From IMG/VR virus record IMGVR_UViG_3300015607_004160: DNA of 64,000 nucleotides; one strand, 5' to 3'. Below the pieces are notes generated by a model, which saw only the letters and a list, made by a program, of their open reading frames with translations, was not told where the DNA came from and ran no database searches. Made by a program: the position numbers and the translations under genes. Positions within the stretch are counted from its first letter, which is position 1. Each line of letters starts with the position of its first letter. Source of the stretch: a virus (lineage: Duplodnaviria; Caudoviricetes). This document shows positions 39,836-50,622 of this stretch, one piece after another.

Positions 39836-40759
39836 TTAAGGAGGTGTACCTGGCATTGATATTTGCATTGTTGTAGAATAACTTGGATTAAACCCACCAA
39901 ATATATACCCACTAGTACCAACTGGTATAGATACATTAAAATCATAATAATTGTTATAACAATCAGTTGATGCACCTGAAGTATTTGTACAATTTACAAA
40001 TATGTCAGCAGTACTAAACATTTGATATAGAAATCTATTATAGTAAATACCGTATTGCACTGGTGAGTTTGAATTATTTGCGTTAACAGTGTAATCACTA
40101 AAATAAGTAACCCCGTCATATATACCAAAACTGTTTATTTGTAAATCAGGTTGACTTACCACAAATTCTATTGGTAACGTCTCTCTAAATGTCACAGTTT
40201 TATTTTCAGTTATACCTGTGATTGTAACATTCCATAATAGAGTCGAATCTTGTGTATAATAATTTAATATGGTTGTGCATCCAGGTGCAGTAAATATTGA
40301 TTCTAAAAATTGTATTGCCGATAGGTTATCGGATGGAATATTAAATCCCGAATTCCAAAATGATTCAAATGAAAAATTCACTTCTGTTTCACCATAATTT
40401 AATATAATTGTATTTTCATTTGATGAATATACAGATGATATTGGAGATAAGTTATAACCTGCACTAAAAGATTGTGTAGATGGAAAACTTCCAGGCAGCA
40501 TGGTTTCAAAACTTAAAATAAATCCAGGCGGCAGCGTAGTTGTTGTGGTTGTTGATGCACCTCCTAACGGACAGGATGTAATATCATATACGTTTGGAAA
40601 ATAGGGTCCAAGTCCAGATAATATTGCGTTACCAAGTATATCTGAATTTGGTTCAGTTAAATCAGATGACCAAGTTAGACCATTATAAAAAATGGTACCA
40701 TTCTCATCTAATATTAATCTTCTCCTATTTAAGTAAATTTTATATCCTGTAAATGACAT
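39836..40759 (-). CDS. Putative virion structural protein with poly-Thr linker
   Basis: CPLGGASTTTTTTLPP; co-oriented with the 2155-aa gene. Confidence 0.55.
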   Translation of the reverse strand: MSFTGYKIYLNRRRLILDENGTIFYNGLTWSSDLTEPNSDILGNAILSGLGPYFPNVYDITSCPLGGASTTTTTTLPPGFILSFETMLPGSFPSTQSFSAGYNLSPISSVYSSNENTIILNYGETEVNFSFESFWNSGFNIPSDNLSAIQFLESIFTAPGCTTILNYYTQDSTLLWNVTITGITENKTVTFRETLPIEFVVSQPDLQINSFGIYDGVTYFSDYTVNANNSNSPVQYGIYYNRFLYQMFSTADIFVNCTNTSGASTDCYNNYYDFNVSIPVGTSGYIFGGFNPSYSTTMQISMPGTPP

Positions 40760-40775
40760 ATTTTATATATTTTTT

Positions 40776-43700
40776 TTAGCTAGCTATAAAGTTTATTTCT
40801 AATGGTCCATAAACATTTCCCCAAGTACAGGAGTCAAATGTTCCAGATACCACGCCATTCGATCCGTTACAAATCGGAGTTCCACTGATTAAACCACCAG
40901 TTATAGATAATTGTAACATATAAGCATCAGTAGCTGGTAAGTAAATACTAGATCCAGATGTTGATGTTGTAAATGCAACATTATTTAAAATCGTGTGTGT
41001 GCCTGATAAGTCAAATAGTATTAGTGTTATATTTAAAGGAGTATTACTTGTATTTATAAGTGTATATGTATTACTAATACTATAGGTTCCAGATAGAGTA
41101 CAATCTAATGGTCTAGCAAAATAGTGATATACATCAGACCAAGGAGAGCTAACAACACCACAAGATTTAAGTACCTTGAAGTACCAATCTTGAGTATTTG
41201 ATACAGCCAGCTCATAAGAAGATGTACATCCAATGCTGACATAGTTATATGTGATATCATCAGCACTATATCCAAGAGTTATACCACTACAAGATCCACA
41301 ATCAGCCAATCCTGAAATACTAACTATAACACCAACATTACTTGCGACACTATAGGTTGCACTACTTACAGTTAGTCCACAACATACAACTGTCGTGGTA
41401 GTTGTTGTCGTACTTGTCGTAGTAGTTGTTGTCGTGGTAGTCGTGGTAGTTGTAGTAGTAATACCAGTATCCTGGCATATTTCATCAATTGGTTGCCAAT
41501 CATATATTAATACACTTGGGACTGTTGTTGTACTTGTTGTTGTACTTGTTAATAAATTATATACCCTAATTGGCCCTATTTCATCCAATTCACCCACTCC
41601 TTCATCAATATCGAGTAGACTTCTTAACTCATAATTCTTTTTAGATGTATAAATTTGACCATATCCGTTATCACTTGTTACTTCAAATGTTATAAAAGGA
41701 TCAATATTTGTATCAACTGTAAAATGAAAAGAATGCGTGCCAGTTCTATATTCATTTATAGTTTGAACCGGGGTATAATCTAATTTTCTCCACTCAGTTA
41801 TATCAGTCCAATTTCCTAGTGAATTTAGAACATCTGTAAAAGGACTCTTAACTGAACTTGTTCCAGATAATAAAACCGATTGAGTTCCAATAAACTCGTA
41901 GAAATTTCTCTTATACTCAACAATCTGACCTTGTATATAATCAAAGTTTATATTCCATGATTCTGAATTTTGATATTTTCTTGGATCATTTATTCTATTT
42001 CCATCAATGACAGATTCATATATTTGTTGATAGTAAGAAACAATATCTCCATTTTGATATGTTTTAAATGGACGCCATTCTGGATATGTTTTGTATGTTC
42101 TTATTCTTAAGTCAAAATAATCAGGGACTTCATTAACAGAAAAATAATTTGTTATCGAATCAATTGCTTGATTATAAAAATCAACTACAACATTATAAAC
42201 TGTGCTTCCAGAATTAACTGGCATTAAATATGCTTCATTAACACTAAAATCAATTGGTGATAATGATTGTTTAACATTAAATATAGTGGCATCATAACTT
42301 TTATGAACAATTGAATTAGGTCCAACAAAGTCTGCTCTACCAGTAATATCTAATATCCTATGTGATAAAGGGATAACATTTCTTTGTAACCAATATTTTA
42401 AGCCTTGTAATTTAATTAATACTTCTGGTAATGAATATAATAATACATTATTACCATCTTTATCAGTTATATTGTAGGTTAGATTAAATAAATTTGTATC
42501 CTCATAGTTAGGATTTGGCATGGTGTGCTTAATAAAATCACTCTCATTCCAGCCAGCAACACTATTATCAAAAATGTCAGGAATTTCTACTTTATATAAT
42601 TTTCCTAAATCTTTAGAATATGGATTTATATTTCTATAATATTCATATAATTCTAAATCATTATATCCAAAATAATTAATTGCGTTTATTATAGCTTTAT
42701 AAGAACCAACATATGGAAATATGTCATCCTTAACCATTAACATTTCTTTTCGCTTTCTATTTAATAATCCCCAATCTACTCCTTGTTCATTTATATCATA
42801 TGTTTTAAATATAAATGCATCATCTGCTGTTATATTTTTACCAGCATTTGTTAATTCGGTTTTATAACGAATATCTTCTATTTCAGTTTCACCATTTACA
42901 TAGAATCTACCTATCTCTCTATCCATTACTTTAAACGTAGTAGTCATATAAGTTAGTTTTCCAGTAGTTGGATAATCAGAAACAGTAGTTGATTCATCTG
43001 TAAACACTCCACTTATAAACTTAACAATAATTTCTCTTAAGTATATTTCGGTAATTTTTACTCTGATTCCATTATTAAAAGAAATGTATTTATTCTTAGT
43101 ATTTGTATTATCTTTTACAAATATTATTATTTCCTGATCAACTTTTAATCCTCTTGAAATGTCATTAGAATCATACAAAAAATTTTCGGTTGAATTAGAA
43201 TCCAATGTAATTGTACCATAAGATGTTCCATAATTAGTTAACACTACAGAAAATGTTATATTATTAAGATTTGAAGAATCTGTTACAATAGAAAAGTTCA
43301 CATTTTCTCTTTTGTATAAAAGAAGTGTAGAAAATACAGTTCCTTCATCTTGTGAGTTAAATCCTAAGAATAACTCTAATGGCTCTGGAGTATATGATAT
43401 ATTTGTACTTGAATTGATATAATCAATATCCTCTACAATCTCACTAAAAATTGTTTGCTGATAAGCGGAAGAAGCTGTTTTACCTATATCTTTGTTGGAA
43501 TATTTATTAAGATTAATATTTTCTAACGGTTTTTCGCCTATATAAGCATACGCCCCTGTAGTAGGTAATTGTTTACCAGAAAAATCATACATAAACATCT
43601 CAGGAACATCGTCAGTTAACCATCTCCAAACATATTGAACTTGGCTTTCACCTATATAGTTTTCTCTTGGCCTTCTAATATAATCACGAGTTTTCAACCA

Positions 43701-46700
43701 TATTCCTCCTTTTGGAGAATAATCTTCTGAAAGTGTGCCATATTGTGAATCATATATACCATTGTAAGAAGGTGGATAAACAACTATAAAAATTGATAAC
43801 TCAACAAGTATTTCAACTATTTGATTAATAGAAGGCAATATACCCCATATAGATCTTCTTAATGGATTATATGTTAGTTTTGATGCAGAAGCTGGTAGTA
43901 TAATCGTATTCTTAACATTTCCACTCAGTGGATCTATTATGATAACCTCACTACTAGTTTGACTAGCCATATAAATCCTTTCATCATATTGATTCATTAT
44001 TAATTGTCCATATTCTAAACTACCTAAATTATAAATAAGTGAATTATCTAAACCAACAGATCCGAAATAGGAATCTCTTGATATTATAATTTCTTGATTA
44101 ATGTTATCATATAAAATGTCAGAAAATAATCCACTTGATATACTAACAATTGCAGTAACCGTATTATTGTTAATTTGATTTAAAGTTGATCCCATTACAT
44201 AAATAGAGCTGCCGACTGGCTCATATATCATTGTGTGTTGTAAACCTGTAATTGAATAACTTGTATATTCAGTCCTACTTGTTGCATTTATCCGCAATAC
44301 TGTATCATCTGATGTAGTTACATAAACATCATCTTCAAATTGATTATACGCCAATCTATATGTACCATATGTAGCACCAACAAAACTTGAAGTAAGTCCA
44401 TGTTTAACACCATAAATATCCAGAACTTCTAAATAAGTATATCCAGAATATGAGATATAGATATCACCATTTGTAGTATTTACAACTGCATCATATGGCG
44501 TATACGGAACAGAATAAGTATAAGTATTTATAATTAAGTTTGTACTTGGTTCTATTTTATATAGACGTGTGGTGGTTAATGCATACAAGTAATCATCTAC
44601 ATTGTTATAAACTAATTTTAAGCTCTGTGATAAACCAGGTAGTACTATTGTATCATAATAATCACCACTAAGACCATCATATATTTTTATAGCATCACCT
44701 AAGATGTATAAATATTCAGATGTATTAACATACACCAAATCAATCATATTGGTTGTTGAACCAATAAATGTACTTGTATAGGTACTGCTATCACCTCTAA
44801 TAATATCGAACGAATAATCAAATTCGGATTGATCATAAGCTCCCAGCTCTATACTTGAACTTCCTCCAGTTCCAGAAATTTGTATTATACTATAAGAAAA
44901 CCCACCACTAAATGAAACATTAGTAAACGGGGATGATATTAGAGATGGTGTTCCTCCCCAAAAAGGTCCCTGATAACTAAGTACTAATCTATCAGTTTCT
45001 ACTTCTAATAAGTTATATTCTTGATTATCAAATGGATAGATTGTATTATTAATTCCAGTTATCATCCCAGTGGCAAATCCTGTATCTCCAGCGGATGCTC
45101 CATTAACATCATAAAATGATTGTGTTGCTGACTGTGTTGTTGATAGTAATATTACAGCATTGGATGTTATTAATGCTCCTAAATTACCCTTTATTTTATT
45201 ATTTATTTTAACTGAACCATTGCCAGGCAGGCTAGACTTTCCAACAGTAATTGTATAGTCTAAAGTTTTATCTTGCTCTTTAACATTAAAATATAGTGTA
45301 TTATTTATAAAAGAAGTATAGATTCTATAATCATCCAATGTAGTAGAATAGGCATCTATCCAATTAGATAAAGTAGTCGGTATATCTGTACTAAATGTTA
45401 CACCATATTCCCTATTGTTTATAGTTAATGATAACGCATTTCCAATTTCATAAAAAACAACATTAGAATGCTGTATATAAAAATTTGCAGTTGTTCCTAC
45501 AAGAACATCAAATATAATTGGAACATTTGGATATACTGTTTTTAAAACAATAGAATCAAAATATATGTAAGGAAAATTTACTAAATAATCTAAGTTACAT
45601 TCTATACCTAACCTATGCAATGTTACAGCATGTTTCGATAGCCAAGCTCTTAATGTTTTATCGACTGTTCTTTCCATATCAACATTAAGTCCAGCATAGA
45701 CCCATTGAACTTCTTGTTGATAAACCATTCCATTTATATTAACTACAATTCCATATTCATCAATGTCAGTAAACACGATATTATAAGAATATCTTTCAGA
45801 TATATCTTTGTTAAGTTCTGTTTTAAGAGTTTCCTCAACTTCAATTGTTTTTTCATAAGTTTTGATTGTTGTTCCAATACTATATGTTGCACCGACTTTT
45901 GTATGATAGAAATTAACAGTTGCATATTCTGATGAGTAATTTAAATTAGCATATAATGCTTTATTATAATAATATAAATCAATATTTAAGAAGCTAAAGT
46001 CTTCTTTATATTTATCTCCAGCAAAAGCTAAGACAAGCTCATTGTTATTAGATGCACTTAATCCAGAAGCACTTACACCATAGTATAGCTTATTAGTTGT
46101 TAGGTATATTTCTCCATATAGTAACGTTTCTGCTGTTAATGTTTCATCGACTGGTAGGTAAGTTATATTACTTGTCCAATAACTAGCACTCCCAGGATTT
46201 ATACTTGAAGTGCCACTTTGTGTGTACGCTTGAACACATTGATATATTAAATTATCATACAATACTTGTGAGGCAGTTGCATAGTATGTTAGTTGTGTAT
46301 TACCTAAGAAAGTTGGTATAGTAGAAACATTTATAAAATTGGTATTATTTGTTGAATTTCCTATGACTAACTGTGTTCCAGATTTTAATATTCTTGGAAC
46401 ATCATTACCAAATTCTATTCTATCTGTTTGAACAGTTAAAGGGCCTTTATAAATTTCAGGCAAATCTGTTTTAAGAATTGCTTCTATTATTAAATCTGAA
46501 TTATTTGGTAGGTGAAGACTATCTACATAATATTGATAATGAACCTTATCTAATACATTACTATTCTTTACTGTAACAACACTATCATTTTTAGTAGTAT
46601 TAACAATATTTAACTTCCTACCATTATATATCATCGAATAAAATTTAGGCTCGGACCATAATGATAAATTATCATTTAATATAGAATTAACGTAACTACT

Positions 46701-47243
46701 TATTCCTATTGAGTTTAATCCACTTATTGTTTTATTCTCATAAGATGAAGTTAATCCAATACTCGTTTCATATAAAATATTAAATGATTGATTATCTAAT
46801 CCTGATATAACCATAATTGCACCTTTCTTTGATGAAACTACAGTATATGATTTTAATGGACTAGAAAATTCAAATATGGAAGAATTAAAAACTACTTCAG
46901 ATCCAATTGGATATTTAGACTCAAAATTGACACCATATATCCATTTTGAACGGAAGTTTGGATCATTGTTTACAGCCTCTATTCTTGAAATTGGTTGTAG
47001 TTGATAACTATTACCAGTGATATTGAACCCATACTCATTGAATAATTGAAATTTTTCTAATGATAATATGTTGGATTCGTATTCAAAAGAAGGTATCTTT
47101 TCAAATACATATAACCCGATTGTTTTAAAAGTATCTGAGCTATTCTCATGAAACATCAAATCACCATTATATGTTTGTGAAATATCGTCATATCTAAAGT
47201 TTAGATAATTTCCTTCCTTATCAAAAAACGCGAGAGACTGCAT
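40776..47243 (-). CDS. Very large virion protein (baseplate wedge/tail-like; beta-propeller region, poly-Thr linkers)
   Basis: 2155 aa; YN..DD.LY propeller-like repeats; GSYKAIINAINYFGY wedge-like motif; carbohydrate-binding-like W...Y..GD.V.Y repeats. Confidence 0.6.
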   Translation of the reverse strand: MQSLAFFDKEGNYLNFRYDDISQTYNGDLMFHENSSDTFKTIGLYVFEKIPSFEYESNILSLEKFQLFNEYGFNITGNSYQLQPISRIEAVNNDPNFRSKWIYGVNFESKYPIGSEVVFNSSIFEFSSPLKSYTVVSSKKGAIMVISGLDNQSFNILYETSIGLTSSYENKTISGLNSIGISSYVNSILNDNLSLWSEPKFYSMIYNGRKLNIVNTTKNDSVVTVKNSNVLDKVHYQYYVDSLHLPNNSDLIIEAILKTDLPEIYKGPLTVQTDRIEFGNDVPRILKSGTQLVIGNSTNNTNFINVSTIPTFLGNTQLTYYATASQVLYDNLIYQCVQAYTQSGTSSINPGSASYWTSNITYLPVDETLTAETLLYGEIYLTTNKLYYGVSASGLSASNNNELVLAFAGDKYKEDFSFLNIDLYYYNKALYANLNYSSEYATVNFYHTKVGATYSIGTTIKTYEKTIEVEETLKTELNKDISERYSYNIVFTDIDEYGIVVNINGMVYQQEVQWVYAGLNVDMERTVDKTLRAWLSKHAVTLHRLGIECNLDYLVNFPYIYFDSIVLKTVYPNVPIIFDVLVGTTANFYIQHSNVVFYEIGNALSLTINNREYGVTFSTDIPTTLSNWIDAYSTTLDDYRIYTSFINNTLYFNVKEQDKTLDYTITVGKSSLPGNGSVKINNKIKGNLGALITSNAVILLSTTQSATQSFYDVNGASAGDTGFATGMITGINNTIYPFDNQEYNLLEVETDRLVLSYQGPFWGGTPSLISSPFTNVSFSGGFSYSIIQISGTGGSSSIELGAYDQSEFDYSFDIIRGDSSTYTSTFIGSTTNMIDLVYVNTSEYLYILGDAIKIYDGLSGDYYDTIVLPGLSQSLKLVYNNVDDYLYALTTTRLYKIEPSTNLIINTYTYSVPYTPYDAVVNTTNGDIYISYSGYTYLEVLDIYGVKHGLTSSFVGATYGTYRLAYNQFEDDVYVTTSDDTVLRINATSRTEYTSYSITGLQHTMIYEPVGSSIYVMGSTLNQINNNTVTAIVSISSGLFSDILYDNINQEIIISRDSYFGSVGLDNSLIYNLGSLEYGQLIMNQYDERIYMASQTSSEVIIIDPLSGNVKNTIILPASASKLTYNPLRRSIWGILPSINQIVEILVELSIFIVVYPPSYNGIYDSQYGTLSEDYSPKGGIWLKTRDYIRRPRENYIGESQVQYVWRWLTDDVPEMFMYDFSGKQLPTTGAYAYIGEKPLENINLNKYSNKDIGKTASSAYQQTIFSEIVEDIDYINSSTNISYTPEPLELFLGFNSQDEGTVFSTLLLYKRENVNFSIVTDSSNLNNITFSVVLTNYGTSYGTITLDSNSTENFLYDSNDISRGLKVDQEIIIFVKDNTNTKNKYISFNNGIRVKITEIYLREIIVKFISGVFTDESTTVSDYPTTGKLTYMTTTFKVMDREIGRFYVNGETEIEDIRYKTELTNAGKNITADDAFIFKTYDINEQGVDWGLLNRKRKEMLMVKDDIFPYVGSYKAIINAINYFGYNDLELYEYYRNINPYSKDLGKLYKVEIPDIFDNSVAGWNESDFIKHTMPNPNYEDTNLFNLTYNITDKDGNNVLLYSLPEVLIKLQGLKYWLQRNVIPLSHRILDITGRADFVGPNSIVHKSYDATIFNVKQSLSPIDFSVNEAYLMPVNSGSTVYNVVVDFYNQAIDSITNYFSVNEVPDYFDLRIRTYKTYPEWRPFKTYQNGDIVSYYQQIYESVIDGNRINDPRKYQNSESWNINFDYIQGQIVEYKRNFYEFIGTQSVLLSGTSSVKSPFTDVLNSLGNWTDITEWRKLDYTPVQTINEYRTGTHSFHFTVDTNIDPFITFEVTSDNGYGQIYTSKKNYELRSLLDIDEGVGELDEIGPIRVYNLLTSTTTSTTTVPSVLIYDWQPIDEICQDTGITTTTTTTTTTTTTTTSTTTTTTTVVCCGLTVSSATYSVASNVGVIVSISGLADCGSCSGITLGYSADDITYNYVSIGCTSSYELAVSNTQDWYFKVLKSCGVVSSPWSDVYHYFARPLDCTLSGTYSISNTYTLINTSNTPLNITLILFDLSGTHTILNNVAFTTSTSGSSIYLPATDAYMLQLSITGGLISGTPICNGSNGVVSGTFDSCTWGNVYGPLEINFIAS

Positions 47244-47322
47244 TAATATTATTAAATATTTTAACTTATATATTAAGTTTGGTTACTTTACTTTGAGATT
47301 TATATTTTAATATATATGAATT

Positions 47323-47694
47323 ATGAAACATATTAAACATATCAATGAATTATTCGGCCTCAGAAAATTATTTAATAAGGATGAAGAGACTGCAGAAGGT
47401 ATACTTAATAGTATTGATCAAACTACTAAAATAGAATTTAGAGATGATTCTGATGATATTAGTGATATTAAAATTTACCGATTTAATATTGATGAATTTA
47501 ATATTAAAGTTAGTAGTGATTTAAATGAGTTTGTTTCAGAATACTCATTAGAAATAGATGGAATAAAAATGAATTGTAGCAAAAGTATAATCAAAAAGAT
47601 ACTTACAAAATGCTATGAGGTAATAAATAAGGACAATATAGAGCAAGAGGAATATATCAGAAAGGATGCTAAAATACATTTTAAAAATAGATAA
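47323..47694 (+). CDS. Hypothetical tagged protein (MKHIKHINE), paralog of 4318..4722
   Basis: Shares ETA.GILN..D and I.KDA...F segments. Confidence 0.7.
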   Translation: MKHIKHINELFGLRKLFNKDEETAEGILNSIDQTTKIEFRDDSDDISDIKIYRFNIDEFNIKVSSDLNEFVSEYSLEIDGIKMNCSKSIIKKILTKCYEVINKDNIEQEEYIRKDAKIHFKNR

Positions 47695-47697
47695 ACT

Positions 47698-50055
47698 ATG
47701 AAACACATAAATAAATTTAAATTATTCAACGAAGCTTTCCTACAAGAGGATAAGAAAAAAGCTATAGATATTATTGTATCATATATAACCAAAAATTCTA
47801 ATGTAGATTTATATGAATACGAAGAAATATGGCATATACAAAAGAAAGACCTATTTTTAAGTGGTCAATTATTTGTTTCATTAAGATCTTCTAAAGCCAT
47901 AAGATTCAATTGGATAGAAAATGATATTAGATCAGAAATTCATAGCATAGATATGTGGACTAGCTTCAAATTTGACGAGAATCCAGAATACACCTTAGAA
48001 TTAGGCCAAAATTCAATAACTAAAATATTACCACAGATATTAAATTTTGTAAAAGATCCATCAATTTTAGTTAAGGAGGAATTAGATATAGAAGAAGGTG
48101 GATACGACCCAAGACAAGAATTAGAAGCAGCAGTTAAAAGATTGGGTAAATTAAGAAGCCCTAAATCAATAGCTTCTCAAGAAAGAAAAATAGAACAGTT
48201 AAAAGCAGCAATTGCTTATGATGAAAAAGCAGAAACAGATAGTGAAAAAATCAATCAACTAGATGATGATTTAAAAATTGATATATTCAAGTCTATTGAG
48301 CTATATACAATTCAAGTAGCAAGAGGAAAATCAAATTCACTAGTTATATCTGGTGATGCAGGTGTTGGTAAGTGTCACGGAAAAGGAACAAAAATATTAA
48401 TGTATGATGGATCAATTAAAAATGTTGAGGATATAGAAGTTGGTGAATTTTTAATGGGAAATGATTCTAAACCAAGAAAAGTATTATCACTTGGCCGTGG
48501 TAAAGATATAATTTATGAAATTAAATCAAAAGGATGGGATAGCTTCACTGTAAATTCGGAGCATATTCTAGTTTTAAGAAATAGAAAAAAATCATCAAAT
48601 AAACCATTTGAAATCTCAGTTAAAGACTTTTTACAAAAAAGTAAAACCTTTCAGGATCAATCACAACTTATTAGAACATCCGTTGAATTTAAAGAAAAAG
48701 AAATAAAGATGGATCCCTATTTAATGGGAATATGGTTAGGTGATGGGGCAAGAACATCACCACATGGAATAGAAACGGCTGATGCTGAGATAGTATCTTT
48801 TTTAGAAGAAAAGGCAAATGATTATAATCTATTACTTAAAAAACATACAAATAAAAAAAGTAAAAGTGATGGGTACTATTTTTCTTCGGGTAGTTTTGGA
48901 AAAGGATTAAAATTAGAAAGAAATGAATTTTTAAATGATTTAAAAGAATATAAACTATACAATTGCGTTGAGAAATTTATACCAAATGATTATTTAATAA
49001 ATTCTACAGATATTAGAAAGAAATTATTAGCTGGTCTAATAGATTCAGATGGATATCAATTTCATAAATCCTATTCAATATGTACAAAATGGGAAAAGTT
49101 AGCTAACCAAATTGTTTTTCTATCAAGATCTCTCGGATTTAAATCACACATATCTATAAAAACTATCAAAGGGAAAGAATATTATAATATTAATATATCT
49201 GGAGACCTATCAGACTTACCAATAAGGTTGGAAAGGAAGAAAAGTGAAAAAAGAAATCAAGTTAAAAATGTACTTAATTCCGGATTTATCATATCTGAAG
49301 TTGGTTATGATGATTACTATGGGTTTGAATTGGATGATAATCATCTATATTTACTTGGAGATTTTACAGTAACACACAACACTCAGACAGTTAAAGATAC
49401 ATTGTCATCATTAGGAATGCAAAAAGATACACACTATTACTTTGCGACAGGCACAGCAACAACTGCTGGATTATATGAATTGTTATTCAAAAATAGACAT
49501 AAATTAACAGTTTTTGATGACTGTGATGCGGTTTTTAAAGAAGCCGAATCGGTAAATATACTTAAAGGTGCATTAGATACATATAAAATTAGAGAAATAT
49601 CTAGTTTAACAAAGGGGAATAAATTTGATTCAGCTGGAATGGATGAGAAGGAAATTCAAGAAACATATGATGCTAGTGGTAAACTTCCGAATAAATTTGA
49701 ATTTACTGGTCAAATAATATTTATTTCAAATTTACCTGAATCTAAATTTGACGATGCTTTACTTTCAAGGGCATTACATGTTGATGTTCATTTAAGTAAA
49801 AAGGAATTATTTGCTAGAATGAGTGAGATTATGAGAAAATTATCCCCAGATGTTACAATGGAAAAAAAGCAAGAAGCTTTAGAATATCTAACATTTGTTA
49901 CGAATAACTATCCAACTAAATTTGATATGAATATTAGAACATTAATTCACTCTATTAATTTAAGAGCGAATAACGAAGAAACTATCAAAATTGGTGATAG
50001 AGAAGAAGCGGTTTGGAAGCTTTTGGTGAAAAAATACCTTGTACGATCTAGATAA
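47698..50055 (+). CDS. Tagged AAA-type P-loop ATPase interrupted by an intein
   Basis: GDAGVGK|T Walker A, VFDDCD Walker B, ILKGALD, IIFISN, ALLSR. Confidence 0.85.
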   Translation: MKHINKFKLFNEAFLQEDKKKAIDIIVSYITKNSNVDLYEYEEIWHIQKKDLFLSGQLFVSLRSSKAIRFNWIENDIRSEIHSIDMWTSFKFDENPEYTLELGQNSITKILPQILNFVKDPSILVKEELDIEEGGYDPRQELEAAVKRLGKLRSPKSIASQERKIEQLKAAIAYDEKAETDSEKINQLDDDLKIDIFKSIELYTIQVARGKSNSLVISGDAGVGKCHGKGTKILMYDGSIKNVEDIEVGEFLMGNDSKPRKVLSLGRGKDIIYEIKSKGWDSFTVNSEHILVLRNRKKSSNKPFEISVKDFLQKSKTFQDQSQLIRTSVEFKEKEIKMDPYLMGIWLGDGARTSPHGIETADAEIVSFLEEKANDYNLLLKKHTNKKSKSDGYYFSSGSFGKGLKLERNEFLNDLKEYKLYNCVEKFIPNDYLINSTDIRKKLLAGLIDSDGYQFHKSYSICTKWEKLANQIVFLSRSLGFKSHISIKTIKGKEYYNINISGDLSDLPIRLERKKSEKRNQVKNVLNSGFIISEVGYDDYYGFELDDNHLYLLGDFTVTHNTQTVKDTLSSLGMQKDTHYYFATGTATTAGLYELLFKNRHKLTVFDDCDAVFKEAESVNILKGALDTYKIREISSLTKGNKFDSAGMDEKEIQETYDASGKLPNKFEFTGQIIFISNLPESKFDDALLSRALHVDVHLSKKELFARMSEIMRKLSPDVTMEKKQEALEYLTFVTNNYPTKFDMNIRTLIHSINLRANNEETIKIGDREEAVWKLLVKKYLVRSR
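48373..49380 (+). mobile_element. Intein (336 aa) with LAGLIDADG endonuclease
   Basis: Starts CHGKGT, block B TVNSEH, GIWLGDG and LAGLIDSDG motifs, ends VTHN followed by Thr. Confidence 0.92.
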
Positions 50056-50071
50056 ATTAAATATATATCAT

Positions 50072-50185
50072 ATGACAAAAGTTTGTAAAAAGTGCAACAT
50101 AGAGAAGGATATAACTTATTTCTTTAATGATAAGTCAAAAAAAGGTAGTCAAGATCTAGTTGTTAAAATTATTAAATTAAAATGA
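50072..50185 (+). pseudogene. Remnant of a zinc-finger homing endonuclease N-terminus
   Basis: Manual translation MTKVCKKCNIEKDITYFFNDKSKKG... stops after 37 aa. Confidence 0.4.
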
Positions 50186-50622
50186 ATTACATTAAAAAAT
50201 ATAAAACATTTGAAAGTATTAATGATCTATATCAAAAAATAAGTGTAGATGAATATAATGATATGTTTGATTTAGATGATTCAGATGATCAAGATGTATT
50301 TTCAAGATCTAAAAGTGTCTTTTTTAAAGATAAAGAGATAAAAGAGGTGCAAAATATTGTTCCCGAATCAATTAGAAATATCTTTAAAAGTGATGTTATA
50401 TTTCTAAAATATCTTGGGGTTCAAATATCTATTAATAAGTTTGATGATGAATGGTTTTTAGTAATGGTTACAAAATCACCAACCGATGAAGAGTTAAGAT
50501 CCACATTTTATAAAATAGATGATTATACATTTGAATACTACAAGTGTGACCAAATAGATGGGTTAATAAATCTATTAAAAAAATTAGTAGAAGGTTTACT
50601 ACCATGGGTGCCAAACAAATGA
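50182..50622 (+). CDS. Tagged module-A protein
   Basis: MNYIKKYKTFES; KFDDEWFLV...YYKCDQIDGL. Confidence 0.7.
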   Translation: MNYIKKYKTFESINDLYQKISVDEYNDMFDLDDSDDQDVFSRSKSVFFKDKEIKEVQNIVPESIRNIFKSDVIFLKYLGVQISINKFDDEWFLVMVTKSPTDEELRSTFYKIDDYTFEYYKCDQIDGLINLLKKLVEGLLPWVPNK

